A stretch of DNA of 64,000 bases from contig JAEOTO010000032.1 in assembly GCA_016839805.1 (NCBI GenBank), positions 206,725 through 270,724 on the forward strand, in the 5' to 3' direction. The translations under genes and the position numbers were made by a program. A model generated the notes under the pieces. The model had not been told where the DNA came from. It made no database searches and was given only the letters and a program-made list of their open reading frames with translations. This document shows, piece by piece, positions 8,326 through 17,631 of this stretch; positions within the stretch are counted from its first letter, which is position 1; every line of letters starts with the position of its first letter. The DNA comes from Candidatus Hermodarchaeota archaeon (GTDB taxonomy: Archaea; Asgardarchaeota; Hermodarchaeia; Hermodarchaeales; Hermodarchaeaceae).

Positions 8326-8507
8326 TGGCGCGACTGCTTGGTCGTAGTCCGGGTGGCTGAGCGGTGTACAATCTGTGGGGTGGTTGGATGCCTCGCAACA
8401 ATAATCGATTGCACATCTCCCCTCGTTGGATCCGACTGCCGATTGAGGGTCCGGAATCGTGCCGGGGGTACAATACGGTAGTCGGAGCACGGCCACTACG
8501 TTAGCCA
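8326..8507 (+). ncRNA. Unidentified structured RNA (~180 nt)
   Basis: GC-rich intergenic island with nested stems, e.g. TCCGACTGCCG/CGGTAGTCGGA, CGTAGT/ACTACG, TGTGGGGT/GCCTCGCA; G-U pairs favour the + strand; T-run follows. Confidence 0.55.
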
Positions 8508-8549
8508 ATTTTTATCAGAAATTGCTAACAGTTCAAATAGCAGAAGAAG

Positions 8550-8669
8550 TGGTAGCGGGGGGTTGATTTGAACAACCGATCTCGGGGTTTCCCAAGGGGA
8601 TTTATGAGCCCCGCGGGATATCAGGTCTCGGTGAGGAACACCAAGATATCCTGGCTACCCCACCCCGCT
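8550..8669 (-). tRNA. Initiator tRNA-Met(CAT) with two introns (20a/21: 8620-8647; 37/38: 8589-8602)
   Basis: A1:T72 pair, G-rich anticodon stem CGGGG/CCCCG, CAT anticodon; 120 nt minus 28 and 14 gives a 78-nt mature tRNA; BHB central helix CAGG/CCTG. Confidence 0.92.
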
Positions 8670-8777
8670 TCCGAAGATAATGGGAATCGTTAGAGAAGAG
8701 CCGGCGTTATTGATTTAAGCTTTGTGCCTTGAAGAAGATAAGCAACCGGTTCGCTTTGAGTGATGGAGAAGAAGTAG

Positions 8778-8854
8778 TGGTGGGTCGGACGGGCTTCGAA
8801 CCCGCGACCTCTCGGTTATCAGCCGAGTGCCCTACCAAGCTAGGCCACCGACCC
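8778..8854 (-). tRNA. tRNA-Ile(GAT)
   Basis: Complete cloverleaf GGGTCGG...CTCGG-CTGATAA-CCGAG...CCGACCCACCA; no intron. Confidence 0.96.
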
Positions 8855-8925
8855 ACTCGTTGTTCGGGATTGCGCGTAGGGTTTTTCGTTTATATGGGTT
8901 TTGCCGATGCAGTGATGGGGTGAGT

Positions 8926-9000
8926 TGGTGGAGTGGCCGGGATTTGAACCCGGGGCCTCGTGTGTGCGAGACACGCGATCTACCGCTGATCTACCACCCC
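8926..9000 (-). tRNA. tRNA-Ala(CGC)
   Basis: Cloverleaf with G3:U70, anticodon loop CTCGCAC, encoded CCA. Confidence 0.96.
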
Positions 9001-9013
9001 ACTGGGTTCGGGG

Positions 9014-11428
9014 TTATTTTGGTGGAAGTATTTGTGTGTTACCCTTTGTGGTGAATTCTAGGATCTCGATGTTGTGCATCTGTTTCAAGTCATTAGCATA
9101 GGGTTGTAGGTCTTTGGTCGTGGTGACTCGGGGTATTACCTCACGAAAGCTCATTTTGTGGTCTTTTTTATATTTCCATACATCTGCGTTGAACTGAGTT
9201 AATGTGTCAGTGGGATGGTCTTGGTCGATGATAGCAATAGGTTCGGGAAATAATTGTTTATGAATCGAACTGTCAGGGCTGTAGAGTGTGCGATGGATTT
9301 TATCGGTGATGTATGGGCAGATGGGAGCAAGGAGTTTGAGAATACTATGGAGCACGGAATGGAGAGTATGCCAAGCAGCGTTACGCTCAGCGGTATCTTC
9401 TTCACTGTAGGCACGACCCTTAACTAGTTCAAGGTAGTGACTAGCAAAAATGTCCCAAGTGAAGGTTCGGAGTTCACGGGCGGGGATATGGAAATCGAGT
9501 TTGTCATAACCCTTGCGACTTTTTTTTATGAGGTTGTTGAGTTCAGTTAGAATCCAGTTATCGGTAGGTTGAAGGTCATCCTTGTCTGCGTTGATATAGG
9601 GGAAACCGGAGATAAAACGGGAAATGTTCCAGAGTTTAGTGAGGAATCGGTGAGCGCCAGCTAATCGACCTTCACTATATCGGAAGTCAGAGCCAAGAGA
9701 GGCTTCGAGCGCGCCCCATAGTCGTAAGGCATCAGCTCCAAACTGGTTAATGATAGGGTTAGGATCGATGGTGTTACCACGAGATTTACTCATGGCTTCA
9801 CCCTTTTCATCGAGTCCGTGACCACTAATCCAGATGTATTTGAAAGCGGGAGCTTTGAAAAGTTGATAGATTCGGAGAATGGAATAGTAGAGCCAAGTTC
9901 GAACTATATCCTTGCCTTGTGGGCGAATGCTCGCTGGGAAGGCATGTTCGAAAAATTCATTATCTTTGGAATAAAAGATTGTAATAAGGGCGCTTATGGA
10001 TGAATCCATCCAAGTGTCCATGGTGCGGGTTTCGCCTTCGAATCCTTCGGTAGCTCCACATTTGGGACATTTTTTGGTTGGTGGTGGTGTTTTCCATGGT
10101 TGATAATAAACACCTGGTGGTGGAACGATGGTTTCATTGCATTGAGTGCAATACCAGAGCGGAATTTCCGTTCCATAAAAACGGCGTCGACTAATGGGCC
10201 AGTCATGGGTGACACTATTAATCCAATCAATGAGTATTTGTTTGTGTTTTGGTGGGAAGAATTCCATCTGGTCAGTAACAGTTAGGAGATCATCAATGTA
10301 TGGAATTTGCTTCAAATAATATTCAGGCATAGCCACAAATTCAATGGGATTTCTGCTTCGCCAACACGTAGGGGTTCGATGGATGGTGGTATCTTGTTTG
10401 ATAACAAGATCCTTTTTACTTAGGTCTTTGAGGATTGCGCTTCTTGCCTTGTTGACGGTCATTCCCTTATATGGGCCCGTTACTTCCGTCAGTTTTCCGT
10501 CGGGACCAAGTGCGTTAATAGGTTTAAGTTGCAGGTCTCGAAAGAGGCGCACGTCAGTATAATCACCATAACTGCACACCATGACGACTCCGCTACCAAA
10601 TTCGATGCGCGCCTCATGGTGAGGGATAATTGGTACATTCTTTTCGTATAGCGGTGTAACTGCTGTTTTGTTGTGGAGGTGTTTGTACCGTTCATCTTCT
10701 GGGTTAACAAGCACAGCTGCACATGCAGACAACAGTTCCGGTCGTGTTGTAGCAATCGGTAATTCTTCATTCGTATCCTTTACAGAGAATTTTATTGTCG
10801 AGAGGGTTGTTTCGATGTCCTTGTATTCGACCTCGGCATCAGCAATGGTGGTTCCACATTCAGGACACCAATTGTTTGGTCGGTCATCGATGAAAATTTG
10901 GTTTTTGTTGAAGAGTTCTATGAAGGTGCTTTGTGTAACGGCTCGATATTCAGGGCTATCGGTTCGATACATCTCATCATGTTTGAAGGAGTTACAACTC
11001 AATCCTAGACGCTGTGCCTGAGCCACGACTAATTCTTCATTTTGATCCAAGAATTTTGCACACATTTCTAGAAACTTTTGTCGCGGTATATCATGCATAC
11101 TAATATTGTAGGCTATTTCGACTTGAACTTCAATAGGTAATCCGTTTCGGTCTAATCCCATAGGAAAGATGACTTCATTTCCTTCCATGCGTTTTGTACG
11201 GGCAATCATATCAATTTGAGCATAGTGAATTGCACCTCCAACATGGAAGGGACCACTCAGATAAGGGGGTGGTGTGTCAACAGAGAAGATGGGGTTTTTA
11301 GTATCTCTTTCAAAAGTGTATAGCTGCTCCTTAGTCCATAACTGAAGGATTTCCTCCTCGATTTTTGGCTTCCAACGCTTTTCTTTTAGCAGTATCTTTT
11401 GCCCCATCATTTCTAGCCTCTGCACCAT
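9014..11428 (-). CDS. valS: Valine--tRNA ligase
   Basis: DTPPPY, HVGG (HIGH-like), ATTRPEL, DWPISRRR, DTWMDS, AMSKS. Confidence 0.95.
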   Translation of the reverse strand: MVQRLEMMGQKILLKEKRWKPKIEEEILQLWTKEQLYTFERDTKNPIFSVDTPPPYLSGPFHVGGAIHYAQIDMIARTKRMEGNEVIFPMGLDRNGLPIEVQVEIAYNISMHDIPRQKFLEMCAKFLDQNEELVVAQAQRLGLSCNSFKHDEMYRTDSPEYRAVTQSTFIELFNKNQIFIDDRPNNWCPECGTTIADAEVEYKDIETTLSTIKFSVKDTNEELPIATTRPELLSACAAVLVNPEDERYKHLHNKTAVTPLYEKNVPIIPHHEARIEFGSGVVMVCSYGDYTDVRLFRDLQLKPINALGPDGKLTEVTGPYKGMTVNKARSAILKDLSKKDLVIKQDTTIHRTPTCWRSRNPIEFVAMPEYYLKQIPYIDDLLTVTDQMEFFPPKHKQILIDWINSVTHDWPISRRRFYGTEIPLWYCTQCNETIVPPPGVYYQPWKTPPPTKKCPKCGATEGFEGETRTMDTWMDSSISALITIFYSKDNEFFEHAFPASIRPQGKDIVRTWLYYSILRIYQLFKAPAFKYIWISGHGLDEKGEAMSKSRGNTIDPNPIINQFGADALRLWGALEASLGSDFRYSEGRLAGAHRFLTKLWNISRFISGFPYINADKDDLQPTDNWILTELNNLIKKSRKGYDKLDFHIPARELRTFTWDIFASHYLELVKGRAYSEEDTAERNAAWHTLHSVLHSILKLLAPICPYITDKIHRTLYSPDSSIHKQLFPEPIAIIDQDHPTDTLTQFNADVWKYKKDHKMSFREVIPRVTTTKDLQPYANDLKQMHNIEILEFTTKGNTQILPPK

Positions 11429-11543
11429 TCTTTAACTGAGTTACATGAAAGGAGCCATATTTGGCACTTGTTGTATTTTTCTTTTTAACTAGGAGACGGC
11501 ATTCTTTCGTATATTAAAAAGGCTTTCTCCAAGAATTTCTGAC

Positions 11544-12803
11544 CTAAGCCTGTTCAGCCCATCGTAAAATCGCTGCAAAACCTCGAAATGCACCTAGTAA
11601 TTGTTTTCCTTCCTCAGTCTCAGGCGAGATGATTTCCAGCGTGGACCCAGTTTCTTGTGCTAGTTCGTTAAACTCTTCAATGATGTCTTGGGCTTTTTCA
11701 ATTCCAAGGGACTGGTTATGACAGTTAGGACATTGTTGTTCTGCTAATTGATCTTCAAATTCGGAAATGGAATCAGGCTCTAAAGTTTTCTCGGAGCTGT
11801 AACCACAAGAACTACAAGTAATGGTAGCACGTTCATAATCAATACCTTCAGAAACTAATATTGTGTCAACAGCTCCTCGATCAAGAGCTTCTCGGACTTG
11901 TTTTTCTCCATATGTAGCACGACCTGTATCACGGGCGAGTTCACTGAGAAACCGTTGGACCAGGCGCTTTTCTTTAACAAGTCGTTGGTTTCGTAGAATT
12001 TCCTCAGATTTCTCTACCAGAGCCCTAATGCCTTCTTCTCCCGCATATGCTGTATCGAGAACAGCCAAGATTTTGTCTTTGAGGGGGCTAGTGAGATAAC
12101 CTTTCTCAGCAAAGACTGCCTTGGTAAATCCCGGTCCTCCGATAATTATTCCACTCAAATCGGAAATTTCCTCGAACAGTTCTCGAGTCAATTCGCTTGA
12201 TTTAGTGAGAAATTCGTGAGCTGCTTGTTCGATTAGCCGTTCAAATCGTCTCTGACTCTGACCTCCTGCTCGGTGTTTACCCATAATTCCCGATTTAAGC
12301 GTTTTAACAATCTTTAAATTAGTTCCTCTGAGGAGAGCCCATGCTGATTGACTACGATCGATTGAAATTAGCCCATAACTGCTTTTAGGGCTTAACATAT
12401 CACGGAGGGGATCAAGCCAGAACTCAGAGGCACATTGGTAGATATACACATTGACCGGTTCTGGTGGTTCAATGAGGTAAATTTCCATTTTTTCGCTACC
12501 TGGTGCCCCTTTCGGGATTGCGCCAGCAAATACTGCAAGTCCATTTGGAGGTGGTTTAGGAATGATTTTTAATCGCTGGATGACGGTTTGGATGGCGTCC
12601 ATTACATTTTTTCGTGTCGATTTCGACTTGATGTTTGTTGCGGTCCCGTATTCAGTGCGTAGTGTTCCAATGACGTCACTTATTTGCCGGTCTGAAGGAA
12701 TATAGAGAGTGATTAATTCCGTGTGTAGTCCTTTTTTTCGTGCTAAAGTGTCCACTACCTTCTTGAGTTTGAACCGCTGATACGATTCACTAGTAGTAGA
12801 CAT
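11544..12803 (-). CDS. prf1: Peptide chain release factor aRF1
   Basis: NIKS, YxC and GGQS motifs; CxxC...CxxC insertion in domain 3. Confidence 0.97.
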   Translation of the reverse strand: MSTTSESYQRFKLKKVVDTLARKKGLHTELITLYIPSDRQISDVIGTLRTEYGTATNIKSKSTRKNVMDAIQTVIQRLKIIPKPPPNGLAVFAGAIPKGAPGSEKMEIYLIEPPEPVNVYIYQCASEFWLDPLRDMLSPKSSYGLISIDRSQSAWALLRGTNLKIVKTLKSGIMGKHRAGGQSQRRFERLIEQAAHEFLTKSSELTRELFEEISDLSGIIIGGPGFTKAVFAEKGYLTSPLKDKILAVLDTAYAGEEGIRALVEKSEEILRNQRLVKEKRLVQRFLSELARDTGRATYGEKQVREALDRGAVDTILVSEGIDYERATITCSSCGYSSEKTLEPDSISEFEDQLAEQQCPNCHNQSLGIEKAQDIIEEFNELAQETGSTLEIISPETEEGKQLLGAFRGFAAILRWAEQA

Positions 12804-12910
12804 AGTGTACAACCCTTTTTATCGCGTAAAACGATATGAATACGCCATTGACTGCGAGCAGCAACACATTAAAGGTAATCATAAACTTTTCGAACTAAAG
12901 AGGCATCTCT

Positions 12911-13600
12911 ATGAAGCTTGTTCTCAAAATTGGTGGGTCACTCCTTTTTGGCAAAAACCAAGAATTCAATATAGATCGATTTAAAAAATTTGCAGAAGTT
13001 ATTCGGAAATTGAAAAATCAAAATCACGATCTAGTCTTGGTGGTTGGCGGAGGGATATTGGCAAAATCTTTGGTTGAACTGGGAAAAGTGTTAGAAGCCG
13101 AACATGATGACCTGGATCGCCTGGGAATTGCAGCCACATGGGTTTGTGCACAACTTATGATTGCTGCTTTAAGTGACATAGCTTATCCTATCCCGATTAT
13201 GACAGAGCAGCAGCTGACACGTCTCAAGGGAACTGAAAAAATCCTTGTTTTAGGAGGGTTGCTTCCTGGGCAATCAACCAATGCTGTTGCCGCTTGTGCG
13301 GCAGAACTAACTAATTCAAGAATTCTGATCAATGCCACAGACGTAGAAGGTGTCTATAATGGTGACCCCAAGAGGTCCACGAAAGTAAAACTTCTTCCGG
13401 AATTGACAATCGAGCAATTACGCGTAATCGTTAGCTCGTTAGAAAGTGAACCAGGAACATATCCGCTTTTTGATAAACGTGCTTTGGATGTCGCTAAACG
13501 GGCTCATATTGAGGTTTGGTTTGTTAATGGATCAAATCCTGAGAACATACTCTTAGCAATAGAAAAGAGAAAAATCGGTACACGGGTTGTGCCGTCGTGA
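12911..13600 (+). CDS. pyrH: UMP kinase
   Basis: KIGGS, VVGGG, PGQSTNAVAA, TDVEGVY, IGTRV. Confidence 0.93.
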   Translation: MKLVLKIGGSLLFGKNQEFNIDRFKKFAEVIRKLKNQNHDLVLVVGGGILAKSLVELGKVLEAEHDDLDRLGIAATWVCAQLMIAALSDIAYPIPIMTEQQLTRLKGTEKILVLGGLLPGQSTNAVAACAAELTNSRILINATDVEGVYNGDPKRSTKVKLLPELTIEQLRVIVSSLESEPGTYPLFDKRALDVAKRAHIEVWFVNGSNPENILLAIEKRKIGTRVVPS

Positions 13601-13699
13601 ATTTCATCAAGGGAGATATCTTTCGAGGAACACTTTTTTCCTCACAGCTCCTTGTATTGGTAATAGCTTTCTTTCTAGCGGTGAGGTTGGCTTCATCCA

Positions 13700-13987
13700 A
13701 TGGGTCGATTAAAAGAGCTCTTCGGTGATACTCCACAGATAAGACTATTAGAAGTGCTAATTGAACAAAAGGATACGACAATGCATCTTTCAATGTTAGC
13801 CCGGCGGGCTCAAGTATCTGTCTCCTCAGTGGAGCGGTGTCTTCTGCCTTTGATTAAAGTAGGTATCGTTTCTGATATTCGGTTCTTTCGACGACGAAGA
13901 ATTTTGCATTTAAACCCGAAACATCCCATCGCGAAATTACTCGTGTCCTTTAAAGAAGAACTTGATAATGACTGGGGTTCTAGGTAA
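13700..13987 (+). CDS. Small winged-helix DNA-binding protein
   Basis: GDTPQIRLLEVL...LARRAQVSVSSV...LIKVGIV pattern. Confidence 0.75.
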   Translation: MGRLKELFGDTPQIRLLEVLIEQKDTTMHLSMLARRAQVSVSSVERCLLPLIKVGIVSDIRFFRRRRILHLNPKHPIAKLLVSFKEELDNDWGSR

Positions 13988-13996
13988 CACGCCTTT

Positions 13997-15142
13997 CTAA
14001 TTCTTTGAACTGGCTAGCGCTTTTAATCGGGAAAGCATCCTTTTCGGGTGAATAACTTCTGCCCAGCGCTTTCTCTTTCCAATCTCAACATGTACTAAAG
14101 TGTCTGATTTCCTAAAGGCACGTTGGACATAACCCAAACCAACGCCTTTTTTAATTAATGGTGAGATTGAGCCACTTGTGACCTCCCCGATCATTTCGCC
14201 TTTTGAAGAAATTGGGTTTCCTGTTCGGGGGATACCTTTTCCTAGCATAATGAGCCCAATGCGTAATTGTTGAGGCTTTTCTTGTTTTTCGGTTACTAGT
14301 GCTTCTCTTCCAAGAAACGTTTTTTTCTTTAAATGGACGATAAAACCAATACGGGCTTGGTATGGTGAAGTCTGTTCATTAATGTCGTTACCATAAAGAA
14401 CCATCCCCGCTTCTAAGCGTAATGTGTCACGGGCTGCTAATCCAACAGGGACAAGTCCCTCTTCTTGTCCTTTATCCAGAATTCTGTTCCATAGATTAAC
14501 CGCCTTTTCCTTTTCATCGAGACTCACATTTAGTTGGGCAATTTCAAACCCATCTTCACCGGTATATCCACTACGTGTAGCAATGACTTCATGCCCGTCT
14601 AGCTTTATCTGAATAGAACTAAAACGTGGCACAGATGACAAGTCAGTCGTAGTCAGTTTTTGCAGGATCATAACTGCGGCTGGCCCCTGGAGAGCAAACA
14701 TCGGAGTAATGTCAGAGATATTAGCGACTTTTACTTTAAACCCGTCTGCATGTTTATTCATCCATGCAAAGTCTTTCTTGCGATTAGCACCATTTACTAC
14801 AACATAATATTCATTTTCGGCGAGACGAAATAGGAAAAGGTCATCTACGATTCCTCCCTTCATTGTACAAAAAGTGCTATACGTTCCTTCCCCTGTTTCT
14901 AGTCGCTGAATTCGAGTAGGCAAGAGATACTCTAGATATTGAGTTGCTTCGGGACCTGTAATCATAGCTCTACCCATATGGGTAACATCGAAAATTCCCG
15001 CGGCTGTCCGTGTAGCAAGATGTTCGGGAACGGCTGCCTTGTACCACAAAGGCATATGAAAACCAGCGAACTCAACCATTTTTGCGCCATGTGCTACATG
15101 CCAATCGTGCAAATGGGTTGTTAATAACTGTGAGCTCGTCAT
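13997..15142 (-). CDS. gcvT: Glycine cleavage system T protein
   Basis: FAGFHMP, FDVTHMG, ALQGP, SGYTGEDGFE, ARDTLRLEAG. Confidence 0.96.
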   Translation of the reverse strand: MTSSQLLTTHLHDWHVAHGAKMVEFAGFHMPLWYKAAVPEHLATRTAAGIFDVTHMGRAMITGPEATQYLEYLLPTRIQRLETGEGTYSTFCTMKGGIVDDLFLFRLAENEYYVVVNGANRKKDFAWMNKHADGFKVKVANISDITPMFALQGPAAVMILQKLTTTDLSSVPRFSSIQIKLDGHEVIATRSGYTGEDGFEIAQLNVSLDEKEKAVNLWNRILDKGQEEGLVPVGLAARDTLRLEAGMVLYGNDINEQTSPYQARIGFIVHLKKKTFLGREALVTEKQEKPQQLRIGLIMLGKGIPRTGNPISSKGEMIGEVTSGSISPLIKKGVGLGYVQRAFRKSDTLVHVEIGKRKRWAEVIHPKRMLSRLKALASSKN

Positions 15143-15211
15143 AATGCTGACCTCTTTGAAACGGTCGAGTTCTTATTTAAGCAAGTGGCATTAAGTTTTC
15201 GGTGACTACAA

Positions 15212-16048
15212 ATGGGTCCCTTCCAAGCACAACTTGGTCCTGTAACAGTTGGTGATCATGAAGACGTTGCAGTCATGGGTATTATAAATCTGGATCCTTA
15301 CTCCTTTTATCAACCATCTTATTTTGCCTCTTCGAAAGAGGCTCTTTCCGCAGCTAAAATGATGATCGAGGAAGGCGCTGATATCATTGACGTTGGAGGT
15401 GTATCCACAGCACCTGGGTCTCCAGAAGTATCCGTTGACACCGAAAAGCGTCGTGTTGCCACGATTATCCAACAGATAGCACAAAATTGGGATATCCCAA
15501 TTTCTATTGACACCCAACGGACTCAAGTCGTTCAAACTGCAATAAGGTATGGAGCCACTATTGTTAACGATGTATCTGGCTTGAAATATGACCCTGATAT
15601 GGCAAAGACGATTCAGGATAGTGGTGTAAGCTGTGTGTTAATGGCGGCAGGAAATCGACCTGGAGATCGGGCCACACTTCCTGAGATCATCTCGGCATTA
15701 GAGGATAGTCTTCAAATAGCTTTGTCTGCAGGAATTCCTTCTAACCACATCGTCGTGGATCCAGGGATTGGATTTGGCAAACCTTTCAAATGCGATCTTG
15801 AAATACTCCGAAATCTTCGGCGGTTTCGTGTTCTCGAACAACCAATTCTGCTTGGCGTATCAAGAAAGCATTTCATCGGTGAAGTGCTTGGTTACTCTTC
15901 GCCGCATGATCGGCTCTATGGGACTCTTGCTGCTTTGACAATAGCGCTCCAGGAAGGAGTGCACGTTATTCGGACCCATGATATCCTTGCAGCACAAGAC
16001 TGTGTAAAGATGGTTAATGCCCTTCTGTCAAACAAAGAGGGTGAATGA
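15212..16048 (+). CDS. folP: Dihydropteroate synthase
   Basis: MGIIN, DVGGVSTAPG, ISIDT, NDVSG, DPGIGFGK, GVSRK, RTHD. Confidence 0.94.
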   Translation: MGPFQAQLGPVTVGDHEDVAVMGIINLDPYSFYQPSYFASSKEALSAAKMMIEEGADIIDVGGVSTAPGSPEVSVDTEKRRVATIIQQIAQNWDIPISIDTQRTQVVQTAIRYGATIVNDVSGLKYDPDMAKTIQDSGVSCVLMAAGNRPGDRATLPEIISALEDSLQIALSAGIPSNHIVVDPGIGFGKPFKCDLEILRNLRRFRVLEQPILLGVSRKHFIGEVLGYSSPHDRLYGTLAALTIALQEGVHVIRTHDILAAQDCVKMVNALLSNKEGE

Positions 16049-16051
16049 AAT

Positions 16052-16831
16052 ATGGAGCTCTATGGACTTTCAACACCAATTATACAACCAGGTGATAATT
16101 TAGTTCGGATTGTCTTAACGGCTATGGACCAACAGGGATTAGTACCGAACACACATGATATCTTCGTAATAGCCGAAACGGTAGTTGCCACAAGCCAAAA
16201 TCGAATTCGCGAATTAACAAAAGTAACAGTTACCCCACATGCTCTGGAACTTTCAGAGCAATATGGGCTAGATGCATCCCTTGCCCAACTAATTCTAGAC
16301 GAGGCTGATGAAATACTTGGTGGAGTCCCCCATGTGCTATTAACAATTAAAGATAACACCTTAATGGCAAATGCTGGAATCGATCGCTCAAATGCACCAC
16401 CAGGTCATGTCGTCCTTCTACCCATTCAACCTACTGATGAAGCCTGGCGAATAAAAACCGAATTAGAAAACCAAACCGGTCACGAGCTAGGAATAATTAT
16501 TGCTGACAGCCGAACTCAACCACTCAGACTAGGAACGGTTGGGCTAGCTGTGGCAATCGCTGGGATTGAACCAGTCAAAGATTTTCGAGGGCATCCCGAT
16601 TTGTATGGCACACCACTACGAATAACTCGCTCAGCAATAGCTGACAATCTTGCCTCGGCGGCTCAACTATTATTCGGTGAAGCCAATGAACAAGTACCCC
16701 TTGTGTTAATTCGAGGAGCACCCGTAACTTTTACAAAAAAACGGATACAACCAGAATCAATGACCATCGATCGACAAGATTGCTTGTACATGACGATATT
16801 CAAAGATTATAGTGATTCAATTAGAATCTGA
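16052..16831 (+). CDS. cofE: CofE-family (F420-0:L-glutamate ligase-like) glutamyl ligase
   Basis: IQPGDNL, ANAGIDRSN, IADSRTQPLRLG, DNLASAA, GEANE. Confidence 0.88.
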   Translation: MELYGLSTPIIQPGDNLVRIVLTAMDQQGLVPNTHDIFVIAETVVATSQNRIRELTKVTVTPHALELSEQYGLDASLAQLILDEADEILGGVPHVLLTIKDNTLMANAGIDRSNAPPGHVVLLPIQPTDEAWRIKTELENQTGHELGIIIADSRTQPLRLGTVGLAVAIAGIEPVKDFRGHPDLYGTPLRITRSAIADNLASAAQLLFGEANEQVPLVLIRGAPVTFTKKRIQPESMTIDRQDCLYMTIFKDYSDSIRI

Positions 16832-16858
16832 GCATTTGAAAAGGCGGAGAACGGCTCA

Positions 16859-16917
16859 GTACTCAAGATCCTTATCATCCCTAATAGCACGCTACAGGTC
16901 GTAAGGGTCAGGTCTTC
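16859..16917 (-). repeat. Degenerate inverted copy of the TnpB element right end
   Basis: Minus-strand TAAGGATCTTGAGTAC (16874-16859) versus TAAGGATCTGAGTAC (18988-19002); weaker match GAAGA...CCTG(G)TAGCG further upstream. Confidence 0.45.
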
Positions 16918-16978
16918 ACAGCCAATCTCCAATAAGAATCATATTTTCCTTCCTTTTATGCATTCGCAAAAGAAAATA

Positions 16979-17083
16979 TGGTGCGGCTTCCGGGATTTTC
17001 GGTGACTTTACAAAGCAGTCAAGCATTCGAACCCGGGTCTCAGGCGTGGGAGGCCTGGGTCATAACCACTAGACAAAAGCCGC
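16979..17083 (-). tRNA. tRNA-Gly(CCC) with 30-nt T-loop intron (59/60; 16996-17025)
   Basis: GCGGCTT/AAGCCGC acceptor, CAGGC-CTCCCAC-GCCTG; BHB helix TTCG/CGAA; 105-30 = 75 nt. Confidence 0.93.
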
Positions 17084-17217
17084 ATGGTTCTAATGTGAAG
17101 AAGTACCAAGTAAACCTAAAATCATTTTGGTAGATTAATCCTTAGATAACCTATTTTACACCTAAAATGGAAAAAAATCTATGAATAGTGTCACGTCCTC
17201 ACAAGAAGGAATCTATC

Positions 17218-17430
17218 ATGTCTTCCAAAGTTGAAGAGATTGCTATCATCGCCATCATCATTGGTATTGTTTTGATTATCGCAGTTACTCTAGCTTGGGT
17301 CTTTTTACCTCCACCTACCAATTACACCATAGGAGGAGGGATTTTTGTGGCAGGTGTAATAGTGTTAATTGGTGGGGTTGTAATAGTTACAACGGCCAGG
17401 ACCTGTAGAACGAAAGACCTTATAGAATAA
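17218..17430 (+). CDS. Small two-TM membrane protein
   Basis: Two hydrophobic stretches; AAGGA upstream of ATG. Confidence 0.55.
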   Translation: MSSKVEEIAIIAIIIGIVLIIAVTLAWVFLPPPTNYTIGGGIFVAGVIVLIGGVVIVTTARTCRTKDLIE

Positions 17431-17631
17431 TGTGGAACGAAGCTTGGACAAGTGGCACAAGTTCTTAACAAATTCGTTCCTGAAGTCACGCTTCTCAAAT
17501 CCGTCAAGAGCCACCTCTATGCAAATGCAATTATTGTTGTTCATAGATGGAAAATTTTCCGTGGTGTTTTTTGTACTGATTGAAGAGATAATTGACGTAG
17601 GTCATCTGTTATTTTGGAGTATAGTTAAAGA

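Noticed and set aside
8326-8507. 5S rRNA or SRP RNA
   Set aside because: It lacks the 5S CGAAC/GAAGTTAAG signatures and the SRP helix-8 motif, and the length fits neither.
8308-8508. 66-aa Cys-rich ORF as a RiPP precursor
   Set aside because: It coincides exactly with the base-paired island, has no SD, and G-U pairing favours an RNA on the opposite strand.
13608-13654. Hairpin after pyrH as a riboswitch
   Set aside because: A simple interrupted stem with no recognisable aptamer motif; at most a terminator or processing site.
17428-17583. Stop read-through or TnpA remnant upstream of tnpB
   Set aside because: The frame continues after a TAA (not a recoded codon), and no HUH or serine-recombinase motif is visible.
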